NCBI RefSeq assembly: GCF_000328665.1
Contig: NC_019977.1
Location: forward strand, 62,001-126,000
Origin: Methanomethylovorans hollandica DSM 15978
GTDB taxonomy: Archaea; Halobacteriota; Methanosarcinia; Methanosarcinales; Methanosarcinaceae
Direction of reading: 5' to 3'
Length of the DNA: 64,000 nucleotides
This document shows positions 18,413 to 28,734 of this stretch, piece by piece (position 1 is the stretch's first letter; every line of letters starts with the position of its first letter). The notes beneath the pieces were generated by a model that saw only the letters and a list, made by a program, of their open reading frames with translations, was not told the origin of the DNA and ran no database searches. The position numbers and the translations under genes are program-made.

Positions 18413-18574
18413 TAAGATCAACTTGATTTACTTTCATGTAGCTTCATTTTGTTTATATACTCAAGGTCACACTTGAGCTCTAGATATTAAAAAAGGCAGC
18501 AAGAATGTGAAAAATAGCTGGCAATCTTTATTGGCATAATAATTCATGGAATTAAGTAAAGTCAACTTGATTTA
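18413..18574. promoter_or_regulatory. Two copies of a palindromic putative operator upstream of the thiC-family gene
   Basis: TCAACTTGATTTA at 18418-18430 and 18562-18574; TATA-like TTATATAA at 18601. Confidence 0.55.
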
Positions 18575-18651
18575 AACAAAAGTTAATTTTTTAAAAAGTC
18601 TTATATAAGAGCTGTACTGTGTAGGATATAGTAACCATTGAGGTATCGATC

Positions 18652-19941
18652 ATGACAATAGTAACAGATGCAAAGAATGGAAAGATCACAGAAGAGATGA
18701 AGATTGTAGCCAAGGACGAAGGCAAAGATCCTGAGTTCATAAGAAGGGGAATTGCTGCAGGCAGAATAGTTATCCCTATGACTCCCTACAGGAACATTAA
18801 GCTTTGTGGTATTGGTGAAGGTCTCAGGACCAAGGTAAATGCATCTATAGGCGCATCATCAGACATTATAGATGAGGAAATGGAAGTAAAGAAAGCAAAA
18901 GCAGCAGAAGCAGCTGGTGCTGACACACTGATGGAGCTAGGTACTGGCGGCGACTTCCTTAAAATGAGAAAGCTTGTATGTGATGCAATTTCACTCTCCG
19001 TAGGCTCTGTGCCACTCTACCAGGCATTCATTACAGCAGCAAAGAGGGATGGTTCCATTGTCCACATGACAGAGGACGACCTCTGGTATGCAACTGAGGA
19101 ACAGGCAAAGCTCGGTACAAACTTCATGGCAATTCACACTGGTATCAATAACATTGTTCTTGACAGGTTGAAGGCACACGGCAGATATGGTGGTCTCTGC
19201 TCCCGTGGCGGTGCATTCATGAGCACATGGATGCTCCACAACCAGAAGGAAAACCCACTTTACAAAGACTTCGATTACCTTTGTGAGATTCTCAAGGAAC
19301 ACGAAGTCACACTGTCCACAGGTAACGGAATGCGTGCAGGTGCAGTTCACGATGCAACCGACAGGGCACAGGTCCAGGAACTCATTATCAACTCCGAATG
19401 CGCAGATAAAGCACACGACAAATACGATCTGCAGGTCATAGTCGAAGGTCCAGGCCACGTACCACTTGACCAGGTAGAAATGAATGTCAAGCTCATGAAG
19501 GCAATGAGCAATGGAAAGCCATTCTACATGCTCGGTCCGCTCGTATCTGACATCGGTGCAGGCCGGGATCATATAGTAACAGCAATCGGTGCAGCAACAT
19601 CCGCAGCAGCTGGCTGTGACTTCCTCTGTTACGTAACACCTGCAGAGCACCTTGCACTTCCAAACCTCCAGGATGTCATTGAAGGTGTCAAGACCTCAAA
19701 GATCGCAGCTCACGTCGGTGACATGGTTAAGTATCCGGAAACCGCTCGTGAAGTTGACCTTGCAATGGGCAGAGCACGTGCAAAACTCGACTGGAAGGGG
19801 ATGTACAATCTGGCACTCGATCCGGAGCTTGCAAAGAGCGTCAGGGACAGTAGAGCACCCGGCGATGAAGATGCATGTACCATGTGCGGTGACTTCTGCG
19901 CACTCAAGATTGTCAACCAGAACTACGACCTTTGCAAGTAA
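18652..19941 (+). CDS. thiC: ThiC-family radical SAM enzyme (phosphomethylpyrimidine synthase or Bza paralogue)
   Basis: TKVNASIG, SRGG, EGPGHVP, CYVTPAEHL, C-terminal CTMCGDFC. Confidence 0.88.
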   Translation: MTIVTDAKNGKITEEMKIVAKDEGKDPEFIRRGIAAGRIVIPMTPYRNIKLCGIGEGLRTKVNASIGASSDIIDEEMEVKKAKAAEAAGADTLMELGTGGDFLKMRKLVCDAISLSVGSVPLYQAFITAAKRDGSIVHMTEDDLWYATEEQAKLGTNFMAIHTGINNIVLDRLKAHGRYGGLCSRGGAFMSTWMLHNQKENPLYKDFDYLCEILKEHEVTLSTGNGMRAGAVHDATDRAQVQELIINSECADKAHDKYDLQVIVEGPGHVPLDQVEMNVKLMKAMSNGKPFYMLGPLVSDIGAGRDHIVTAIGAATSAAAGCDFLCYVTPAEHLALPNLQDVIEGVKTSKIAAHVGDMVKYPETAREVDLAMGRARAKLDWKGMYNLALDPELAKSVRDSRAPGDEDACTMCGDFCALKIVNQNYDLCK

Positions 19942-20069
19942 TGCCCTTTGCATTACTTCTTACCCTCTTTTTTCTATCTTATACTTATTTTAATTTTTTC
20001 TTCAAAAATTAAATACATCTTTACGGCTGGTTTTATGTACTGTGCTGCAAATGTTCTGGTTGTGGATAG

Positions 20070-20705
20070 TTGAACATCATGGAAGAAGACTACTACTTAT
20101 ACACAAGGAAATTATTTCACAGATTGTCTTATGTGTATGATTTGACAGAAATAGTTCTCTCTGGCACCAGGACTAAAGTCGCAGATTTCATCGATGCAAA
20201 AGAAGGTTCTAAGATACTGGATGTAGCTACAGGCACTGGAAAGCAAGTCTTTGAATTTGCAAAAAGGGGCTACGAAGTTGTTGGTATCGATCTTTCAGAA
20301 TCTATGTTAAGGCTGGCTGTCAGGAACAACAGATATAATAATGCAAATTTTATTCTCGTTGATGCGACAAAACTTCCATTCAAGGAAGAGTATTTCGATA
20401 TCAGTTATATTTCACTTGCTTTACATGAAATGCCTTTGAGTATAAGGCAAGAAGTTTTGCAGGAAATGGGTAGAGTTACAAGAACTGATGGCACTATATT
20501 CATCATAGACTATGCTACTTCCCCCAAAAGCAGGCTTGCAAGGTATTTTGTCCATTACATTGCCAGAGTATTCGAAAGCAAGTACTATCCTGAATTTATA
20601 CATTCTGATCTTGGATCCTTGCTTAAAAGACAAGAAATGGAAGTGGTTGAAGAACTATCTGTTATATACGGTATATTCAAGATAATCAAATGTGTCAGGA
20701 GATAG
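20070..20705 (+). CDS. Class I SAM-dependent methyltransferase (UbiE/MenG-like)
   Basis: ILDVATGTG, GIDLSESML, DATKLPF. Confidence 0.85.
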   Translation: MNIMEEDYYLYTRKLFHRLSYVYDLTEIVLSGTRTKVADFIDAKEGSKILDVATGTGKQVFEFAKRGYEVVGIDLSESMLRLAVRNNRYNNANFILVDATKLPFKEEYFDISYISLALHEMPLSIRQEVLQEMGRVTRTDGTIFIIDYATSPKSRLARYFVHYIARVFESKYYPEFIHSDLGSLLKRQEMEVVEELSVIYGIFKIIKCVRR

Positions 20706-21150
20706 AATCTTGTGCAAATGGGATCTGCATGATTATATGAATAAAATGGAATATGAGTTGCAGAGATGTTGTATAAATTCTGTATTGCAACCAGTATAAT
20801 ACTCAGTTTTGGTGATTTGGTGGCTTAAAAGCACAATATTTATATAATTATGTTAGTATATGGTATTCAGAGGGTATCACAATTGTATCTTCCAGATAAG
20901 TATAGTCATCATCAAATTCTGGGGAGGACAGCAGTCTTCCCCGGAAAGATACCCTTCATCTTCCAATTTTACTGAGGTTTTCACTAATATCACTTCCGAT
21001 ACGTCACTACAGATCATCATGTTAATTTTCGACCGACAGGTACAATCCACATCCTCGTAAATGCACCCCTTTCGTTAACTTCCTGAACCACAATCATACA
21101 CCTGAATGCATAAAATTAAATCTTTTCCCGTAGAATCATTACTGATGATC

Positions 21151-21510
21151 ATGAACAAAGAGATACAAGAAGCAAAAGATGTAAAGGGTTTTAAGCCAAG
21201 GTCTGTGGTCTATGCCACTCAGATAGATGAAGAGTTCGGCGAAGCCCTTGCAGGATATTATAAAGCTGTATGGAAGGAGCGGGAAAACGGGTTGAACATG
21301 AAGCAAAAGCATCTTTTGGTTTTTACTATAGCATGCTCAAAACTCAATGTAGAAAGTGCACTCAAGATCCTGGAAAGACTTAAAAAATTTGAGGCAACCT
21401 CTCAGGAGATAAAAGATGCTATGATGATTGCAGCCTGGACCGGCGGAATACAGAACTTCACTGATTTCAGTCCAAAGATACTTAAAGAAATGGAAAGATT
21501 GGGTTTCTGA
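21151..21510 (+). CDS. Carboxymuconolactone decarboxylase/AhpD-like protein
   Basis: LNMKQKHLLVFTIA...ATSQEIKDAMMIAAWTGG pattern; start uncertain. Confidence 0.7.
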   Translation: MNKEIQEAKDVKGFKPRSVVYATQIDEEFGEALAGYYKAVWKERENGLNMKQKHLLVFTIACSKLNVESALKILERLKKFEATSQEIKDAMMIAAWTGGIQNFTDFSPKILKEMERLGF

Positions 21511-21529
21511 AACCCTTTATGTTATGATT

Positions 21530-21829
21530 TCAGGTTAAAGGCAAGACCCTGAACCTTAAGAACCCTATCATAACTAAATGGAAAAACAGGATCAGAGGAA
21601 AACCGAATTTGAACTGAGGATGCTTGGTTTTGTGTTTGAAAACATGCATTCCCATAAAGCCGCCTAAGCTGCCTCCTAGAATGACCCATGTGAACAGTTG
21701 TTTTTCAGATATCCTGTATTTTTGATCTCTTGATCTTTTTTTATCCAGGCCCATAAGGCTGAAAGATACGATATTAACCACTGTAAGATATGCCAACAAA
21801 AAATTAATTAAAAAATACTCAGGTTGCAT
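21530..21829 (-). CDS. DUF1294 small membrane protein
   Basis: MGLDKKRS..YRISEKQL..GGSLG..FKHKTKH. Confidence 0.85.
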   Translation of the reverse strand: MQPEYFLINFLLAYLTVVNIVSFSLMGLDKKRSRDQKYRISEKQLFTWVILGGSLGGFMGMHVFKHKTKHPQFKFGFPLILFFHLVMIGFLRFRVLPLT

Positions 21830-21918
21830 ATTGTCATATAATGTACAACAATGTATTTATTTTATTTTGATAATGGCAGTGGTGATACAAAAAAAGAATA
21901 AAAAAGATTTAAATCGAT

Positions 21919-22803
21919 TTATTTGCCAAAATCCCACACATTCAGCTTTCCATCACCTGTGGCGGCAACAAGATTCTTCCCATCTGATGTAAAGGCTATA
22001 CTGGTCACGGTTCTGACTATGAGAGGTATATTTGACACAATTTCCCCTGAACAGAAATCATACAGGACAATATCATAATCCATTCCCACTGCAAAAGTCT
22101 TGCCATTTGAAGATATTGCAAGAGGAAAATGACCTGTTCCCTCAAGTCCTATGGAACGTTCTTGTTCTAAGTCTTTCAGAGACCATATACGCAGCTTCCG
22201 ATCGTATCCGGAACTAATGAAATACTTCCCATCCGGGGTCAGCACCATCGACATTAAGGCAACCTCATGGCCTGGTAGTATTTGTTCAAGTTTACGTTCA
22301 GATAAAGACCAGACATATATATCGCCACCTATGCCTCCACTTAGAAGCTTTTCGCCGTCTGGAGTGAAAAGAACACAGGAAATGTTGTCGGGACTGCCTT
22401 TAAGGACCAATAGTTCTTCACCTTCAGGTAAGCCCCATAACCGTACAGTTCCATCGTAAGAACCCGAAGCTAGCAATTTCCCATCTGGTGAAATACATAC
22501 AGATGATACAATATTGCGATGTCCGGTAAGAACTTTCAAAGGAAGATTTTCAGTACAGGACCAAAGTCTGATAGTATGATCCGATGAACCTGTAGCAATT
22601 ATACTGTGCTGATTGGAAATCGAGATACTTTTCACACTTTTAGTATGACCTTTAAACTCTCTTATCAGCTTCCAGGAAGGGAACGACCAGAGTTTTACCA
22701 CTGCATCTGTACCAGCAGATAATGTTTTTTTTCCGGCATCTGTAATACATATATTATTAACATGACCTTTATGAGCATTGAATCTGATATAGTCTCTCTT
22801 CAT
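21919..22803 (-). CDS. WD40-repeat beta-propeller protein
   Basis: About seven GH...SPDG..LASGSYDGTVRLW-type repeats; likely start MKRDY at 22803. Confidence 0.9.
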   Translation of the reverse strand: MKRDYIRFNAHKGHVNNICITDAGKKTLSAGTDAVVKLWSFPSWKLIREFKGHTKSVKSISISNQHSIIATGSSDHTIRLWSCTENLPLKVLTGHRNIVSSVCISPDGKLLASGSYDGTVRLWGLPEGEELLVLKGSPDNISCVLFTPDGEKLLSGGIGGDIYVWSLSERKLEQILPGHEVALMSMVLTPDGKYFISSGYDRKLRIWSLKDLEQERSIGLEGTGHFPLAISSNGKTFAVGMDYDIVLYDFCSGEIVSNIPLIVRTVTSIAFTSDGKNLVAATGDGKLNVWDFGK

Positions 22804-22835
22804 ATTCTCGCCCTGAAGTAAAAAGCATTCTGAGG

Positions 22836-23234
22836 TCATGATTCTTCCCTGAACTCCAATGAAATGGAATTCATACAAAACCTTTCACCTGTGGGAGCCG
22901 GGCCATCATCAAAAATATGCCCAAGATGACTACCACATCTGCTGCAAAGCACTTCTGTTCTTTGCATGGAATAACTGTTATCTGGTTTTCTGATAACTTT
23001 ATCCTCAGATACAGGTGCCCAGAAACTTGGCCATCCTGTACCGGAATCGAACTTCGTCTTCGAATCGAACAATTCCTGACCACATGCAGCACACAGGTAG
23101 ATACCTTTCTTTTCATTTTGGTAATATTTGCCGGTAAAAGCAGGTTCGGTTCCCTTTTCTCGCAACACATAATACTGTTGAGGTGTTAAGATTTTTTTCC
23201 AGTCCTCTTCTGATTTTTTTTCACATAATGACAT
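22836..23234 (-). CDS. msrB: Peptide-methionine (R)-S-oxide reductase
   Basis: [42 protein letters not shown]. Confidence 0.95.
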   Translation of the reverse strand: MSLCEKKSEEDWKKILTPQQYYVLREKGTEPAFTGKYYQNEKKGIYLCAACGQELFDSKTKFDSGTGWPSFWAPVSEDKVIRKPDNSYSMQRTEVLCSRCGSHLGHIFDDGPAPTGERFCMNSISLEFREES

Positions 23235-23498
23235 ACAATTCCCCCCTCCCATTCAAAAAAAAGTGAGGCAAAATTTCTTGACGTAATTTTCCTTATTAAG
23301 GCTTGATATATTCTATCTTAAATAGTTTACGCAAACAGTATAAAATCAAAAAGTAACAATGGTTTTAGGGCATTATCAACTAAATATATCACAATATAAA
23401 TCTAAATAGTATAATAAATATGAATGGTATACAATATATAAATAGTATCATGCCAGATTATATGGTAGGGAATTATCCATTGGATCAGGGGTGATATT

Positions 23499-23846
23499 GT
23501 GGCATGCTCTGCTGAAATGTGTATGGATCAGAAAGAACACGCTTTTTGTGTAATAAATCATATGGCATTCTCAGAAAAATATACTGATGCCCTCCGAAGT
23601 TGGACAGAGAAGTATCTTGATGTAAGAAATCTGGAAAGAATCGTGTGGGAGGGAATTGCTTCATCTGAAGATCCTTATCGCAATGTGCAGATGGAAGCAG
23701 AAAAGGACCTGGAATTCACTGTGCTATTTGCATCAAAATTGGATCGCAGCAACAGTGCTGTGTTTTTCCTTGAGGGGAAGTTGCTGCTGCTTTTCAATAT
23801 TGTACTGCAAAGCCTGAAAGAAAGCAGTGTATCGTATACATTATAA
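23499..23846 (+). CDS. Hypothetical protein
   Basis: 115-aa ORF with ggggtga RBS before GTG. Confidence 0.6.
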   Translation: MACSAEMCMDQKEHAFCVINHMAFSEKYTDALRSWTEKYLDVRNLERIVWEGIASSEDPYRNVQMEAEKDLEFTVLFASKLDRSNSAVFFLEGKLLLLFNIVLQSLKESSVSYTL

Positions 23847-24013
23847 AAAAATTCAAGACTGAGTTGCAAAGCCGGTCTTTTAATATAAGAAGAGCGGGCA
23901 GTTGATTTGATCTCTACTGAATAGTTTCCACAATCATGGCATTTGTATCGTTGACGTCCATTGACTATAAAATTCTTTTTGTGGCTGGAACTCTCACATC
24001 TTGGGCAATTCAT
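23847..24013 (-). mobile_element. IS1-family transposase N-terminal remnant (InsA zinc ribbon)
   Basis: MNCPRCESSSHKKNFIVNGRQRYKCHDCG, then degenerates; no DDE domain. Confidence 0.75.
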
Positions 24014-24062
24014 TCTTTTGCCTAGTCACTTTGTAACTTCCGAATCCCATCGATACGTTTAT

Positions 24063-24092
24063 TAGTTGCATACGCAATTATTGCGCACGCAA
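24063..24092. promoter_or_regulatory. Tandem palindromic MarR-type operators
   Basis: TTGCATACGCAA (24066-24077) and TTGCGCACGCAA (24081-24092) just before marR. Confidence 0.65.
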
Positions 24093-24108
24093 CAAATAGG
24101 AAGCTACA

Positions 24109-24573
24109 ATGATGGACAAACTAAGGGGACAGGAATCTATTGGTAGGGATGTATCCCACCTTTTCAGGTCCATTAGGAACTTCATGGGAAGACGGCTCGA
24201 GCCATATGGGATAGGTGATGCCCAGTTCCCTTTCTTGATGCTTTTACTTCACGAGGATGGTATCAGCCAGGAAAGGCTTGCAGCTTATTTAAAATGCGAC
24301 CGAGCAACGAGTGCAAGGTCAATAGCCCGGCTGGAAAGTGCCGGATATGTGCGCAGGCTTGTAGATCCTGAAGACAGAAGGGCATACAAAGTATTCCTTA
24401 CGGAACAGGGTCAGGAGCTAGGTGATATATTGTGTTCTGTTCTAAAAGAACTTAACAGCATTTTGCTGGAAGATTTTAGCTATGAGGAAAAAATATCTTT
24501 CAGAAACATGATTCAGAGGGCTGGCACGAATATATCTAAATGGGAACAGATCAGGAAGACCACAGATGAATGA
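24109..24573 (+). CDS. MarR-family transcriptional regulator
   Basis: wHTH with LESAGYVRRLVDPEDRRAYKVFLTEQG. Confidence 0.92.
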   Translation: MMDKLRGQESIGRDVSHLFRSIRNFMGRRLEPYGIGDAQFPFLMLLLHEDGISQERLAAYLKCDRATSARSIARLESAGYVRRLVDPEDRRAYKVFLTEQGQELGDILCSVLKELNSILLEDFSYEEKISFRNMIQRAGTNISKWEQIRKTTDE

Positions 24574-25996
24574 AAGTTCACATACAGGTGAAAAACACAA
24601 GCCCGGTCATATGACCACAGGGATGAAGACCTTAATGGGTGATCCCAGAAAGGCTATCTTAAAATTAGGCATGCCTATGATGCTTGCCATGTCAGTGCAG
24701 ATGGTCTACAATCTGGTGGATACTTTTTGGGTTTCAGGTCTTGGTGCCGATGCACTCGCAGCGATTGGTTTTGTTTTCCCTTTTTTCATGGCCATGATTG
24801 CACTTTCCACAGGACTTGGCCTGGGTGGGGGGTCTGCCATATCCAGAAAACTTGGTTCCAGAGACAAGAAAGCTGCTGACAATGTTGCAGTGCATACCAT
24901 GTTCCTCATGCTGTTACTTACATTTCTGGTCAGTGTGCCGCTATTCATTTTTGCAAAACCTATCTTTATTGCTGCAGGAGCAGGTAAGACAGTAGATCTC
25001 TCCATGGATTATGGGCGTATAGTATTTGCGGGAGGTATTCTCATTTTCTTCACTAATGTGGCCAGTGCCATACTGCGGAGTGAGGGCGATGCTAAACGCT
25101 CTATGTATGCAATGATATTCGGAGCTGTGCTCAACATCATCTTAGATCCTTTGTTCATTTACACCTTTGGTATGGGGATCAAAGGAGCAGCATGGGCGAC
25201 TGTACTCTCATTAGGCATAACCGCTGCTATGATCTTCAAATGGTTGTTCCTGAAAAACGACACATACGTTTCTTTCAAATTCCGTGATTTCATTCCGGAC
25301 ATTGGTATAATCAAGGAGATATCCAAGGTAGGCTTGCCATCAGCTATGCAGCAATTATCTATGGCATTCACTATGGTCATTATGAACCTAGTTATCATCG
25401 CAGTAAATAATACTGATGGTGTTGCTGTCTATGCCGTGGGGTGGCGTGTAGTAATGATAGCCATAGCACCTCTGGTAGGTATCGGAACTGCAGTAATGAC
25501 AGTATCCGGTTTTGTATATGGTGGGCGTTCCTACAAAAAACTCATGCCGTTACTTCTATATTCAATAAAATTGGGTATTATCATCGAAACTGGCATTGCC
25601 ATATTTACTTTCTATCTTGCACCTTATATTGCTACGGTTTTCACGCAGGCTGAATCATCTGCTCATATAACTGAGGACATAACCTCTTTCCTTAAGATCG
25701 CGTTTCTTTTCTATCCCACGACTGCGATGGGATTGCTTTCTTCATCGTTGTTCCAGGGCACTGGTAAAGGCACAAGTTCACTTATTGCAACTATCATCCG
25801 GTCACTTATAATGACACCCCTTTTTGCCTTCTTGTTCTCTTATTACCTGGGGATGGGGCTTACAGGCGTCTGGTGGGGATTGGTCTTTGGAAATGTATTA
25901 GGATCCATCATGACGTTTGGATGGGTATACCTGTATGTTCGTAAACTGCAGGCGCATGTTCCTGAAAAGCTATCTGTGGTACATGGAGAGTTTTGA
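24566..25996 (+). CDS. MATE-family efflux transporter
   Basis: YNLVDTFWVSGLG, LRSEGDAK, LNIILDPLFI; about 12 TM segments. Confidence 0.93.
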   Translation: MNESSHTGEKHKPGHMTTGMKTLMGDPRKAILKLGMPMMLAMSVQMVYNLVDTFWVSGLGADALAAIGFVFPFFMAMIALSTGLGLGGGSAISRKLGSRDKKAADNVAVHTMFLMLLLTFLVSVPLFIFAKPIFIAAGAGKTVDLSMDYGRIVFAGGILIFFTNVASAILRSEGDAKRSMYAMIFGAVLNIILDPLFIYTFGMGIKGAAWATVLSLGITAAMIFKWLFLKNDTYVSFKFRDFIPDIGIIKEISKVGLPSAMQQLSMAFTMVIMNLVIIAVNNTDGVAVYAVGWRVVMIAIAPLVGIGTAVMTVSGFVYGGRSYKKLMPLLLYSIKLGIIIETGIAIFTFYLAPYIATVFTQAESSAHITEDITSFLKIAFLFYPTTAMGLLSSSLFQGTGKGTSSLIATIIRSLIMTPLFAFLFSYYLGMGLTGVWWGLVFGNVLGSIMTFGWVYLYVRKLQAHVPEKLSVVHGEF

Positions 25997-26087
25997 AGTA
26001 ACTATCAGGCCCTTTTCTCTTCATTTCCTTTCTTTCTTCTCACTTTTTTTATTTTTATTGAACTTTCTTATATACAAGATATACTCT

Positions 26088-27382
26088 TGAGAATCTCAAA
26101 TTAGGATTTTGATTTAAAAACCTATTCCTTTTTTCGTTGATACTGCTATTCTCTTTTTTTTGGTCAGTGGTAGCTATAAATATAAAAAATTTTGCTTCTT
26201 TATGGATAAAAAATCTATCGAGTATAGAGGAGTCCTCTTCGAGGACTCCATAGAAAACTATCTTTACAGAGAAACTGCCTCTATTTGCCAATTTCTTCAT
26301 TTTCTCTGTATAGAAGACATTTCACAATACGTTGAACGTACTGTGTATACCAACAAACGTTGGCATTTTAAATATAACGTTTCCTCAATGATAAAGCTCT
26401 TTATTGTAAAGTGCTTCAGGAATCTCTCTTATGAAAAAACAGTATCCAGTTTAACAGAAGAAGAAGCTATTATGCTATCGTTCTGTGATAAAAATGGGCA
26501 AATAAGACTTCCTTCAGCTGGAACCCTCCATCATTTTGTAAAATATAGACTTGGAGAAGATGGGGATCAATGAACTAATAATAATGGTAGGCGAAAAGAT
26601 TCTTAAAAGCTCAAAGTTAAAAGACGCCAAGATAGATTCAACACCTCTTGAAGCTTCACGATATGACAAATATGCGGATTATAATCCGCATTATAAATGT
26701 AAAATGGACAAAGCTCACATTACAATGATTGGAACTTATCCGGTATTTATGACATATACTAATGGCCTTAGTTCTGATTCTACGGAACTTATCAAACACA
26801 TACACGCATTAAAGAAAATGGAAGCTAATATTGAATTTTATGCTGCGGATGGAGCTTATGACTCATTCCAAAACAATGCAGATATATGGTATCATCTGAA
26901 TGCAAAACCAATTATTTCCTACTCTTGTGATGCAGTATTGCACAAAGAAGGTGAAGTAGAGAGGATTGATCATTGGGTGAACAAAATGTGGAAACTTGGT
27001 GGAGAGGTTCATACCAAAATAGAAAATAAGCTGAAGTTTCTGTATGAAAATGGAAGACAAGAACAAGTTGGGATGTACCTAAGAAATCAAAACATCCTCG
27101 ATGAATTATTTTGGGAGTTATACAAGAAAAGAGTAGAATGCGAAAAAGTACATGGCCACATGAAAGATACGATGAACTTCGATGTCAGAAGAATAAGAGT
27201 AGAGAGCAGAGCTCTCTACTCTCTGCTAAATTTCGTTTCCTATCAACTATTAGTGCTTACTGAATTGCAAAATAAAGTTAAACTCAGGAATTCGTTTGGG
27301 AGGCTATTCTAAAAAAGTACATCAAATTAGAATAGAAATATAAGGAGCTAATTTGATGGCCTCCTCTTATTTTAGGCTCTCA
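26088..27382 (+). mobile_element. IS5-like (DDE) insertion sequence with frameshifted transposase
   Basis: Imperfect terminal IRs tgagaatctcaaattagg and tcttattttaggctctca; low GC; DDE motifs IDSTPL, AADGAYD, RVECEKVH. Confidence 0.75.
26202..27312 (+). pseudogene. Transposase split by a +1 frameshift at a G run near 26562
   Basis: ORF ending YRLGEDG continues as INELIIMVG in another frame (gatggggatcaat). Confidence 0.75.
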
Positions 27383-27503
27383 TGCACTATCTATTTATAG
27401 TTAATAGTCACAACTTTTGTACAGGTTCTTTTTTCTGTTCGGATATGCAAGTGTATTTTCAGGAACAGTAAAAGACGTATTTTATTTTGTAAGGTGGGTA
27501 ACC

Positions 27504-28670
27504 ATGGACATTACATGCTCTCCTGAAAAAAACAGCCCAGAAAATCTTAATAGCGAGGAAGAGCCTGCTCTGCAGATGTTATTGGAGCTTCCTGGCGGAG
27601 AAAAGGTATACAGGCAGGATTGCTCCATAGTCATAAAACTTCCCTCTGGCAGGAGTGCTCTTACTACTTCATGGCTTAACGGAGGTTATCGCGAAGACCT
27701 GGAATGTATTATCAATAACCAGATTCCACGTGGAGTAAAAAAAGGTGAGGAACTGGAAGGTGGAGACGTATCTGCTTACCTTTCCCTGCTGGCTTCAAAA
27801 TTAGGATTCGATCCATTAAAGAGCTCTGGCATGCTAACTGCTGCGAACATGAATAATGTCGCTGTAGTCAGCAAGGGTTTCAGAGGTCTTGAGGTTACTG
27901 CAATAGTAACCGGAGGTGTTGAAATAAATGGGGGTAGAGCAGGGGATCCAGCTTCATACTATCAGGAGAACGGAAACCATTTCCCCATAAACGGGACCAT
28001 AAATACCATTATTGTAATAAATGCGCACCTTCCGGAATATACGATGTCTCGTGTCACTATGACTGCTACTGAAGCAAAGGCAGTGGCTCTGCAGGAGTTG
28101 ATGGTCCCAAGCAGATATTCCCAGGGAATAGCCACAGGCTCAGGCACGGATATGATCGCTGTTATTTGCAATATGACAAGTTCTCTGAAGCTTACGGATG
28201 GAGGAACGCATTCCAAGCTAGGGGAACTTATAGGGAAGTGTGTGATAGAAGCCACTAAGAAAGCACTTGAGAAGCAGTCGGAACTTACGCCTATTTCCCA
28301 GCTTAATATGTTATTGAGGCTGGAAAGGTTCGGGGTGGATGAAGCATATTACTGGAAAGTGGCTTCCCATATGGCAGGTGAGAATCGTAAAATGCGTTTC
28401 CTGAAAGACCTGAGGGAAATAGCAGCTAATCCTTTATTGGTAACAACCACTTCTGCCATTATACACATAGTTGATGAAGTTTCCTGGGGTCTACTACCTG
28501 AAACTTCAGCACGGACAATGGCACTTGCTCTTCTTCAGCAGCTTCCGATCCTGTTAGGAAGCAACAAAAAGCCACCAGAGGACTTACTGAACGGTTATGA
28601 TAGTATTGTTGATAATCTGGTATACATGACAGCCTGGCTGGTGAAAAACAGTATCATGGTAGAAAAATGA
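27504..28670 (+). CDS. cbiZ: Adenosylcobinamide amidohydrolase family protein
   Basis: GMLTAANM, VTAIVTGGV..N, GTIN, TATEAKA, ATGSGTD, G.HSKLGELIG. Confidence 0.88.
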   Translation: MDITCSPEKNSPENLNSEEEPALQMLLELPGGEKVYRQDCSIVIKLPSGRSALTTSWLNGGYREDLECIINNQIPRGVKKGEELEGGDVSAYLSLLASKLGFDPLKSSGMLTAANMNNVAVVSKGFRGLEVTAIVTGGVEINGGRAGDPASYYQENGNHFPINGTINTIIVINAHLPEYTMSRVTMTATEAKAVALQELMVPSRYSQGIATGSGTDMIAVICNMTSSLKLTDGGTHSKLGELIGKCVIEATKKALEKQSELTPISQLNMLLRLERFGVDEAYYWKVASHMAGENRKMRFLKDLREIAANPLLVTTTSAIIHIVDEVSWGLLPETSARTMALALLQQLPILLGSNKKPPEDLLNGYDSIVDNLVYMTAWLVKNSIMVEK

Positions 28671-28734
28671 TTCTTGATCATTTTATACACTATAGATGTA
28701 TACAAAATTGTGAGGTTTTAACATTAAAAGTTTA

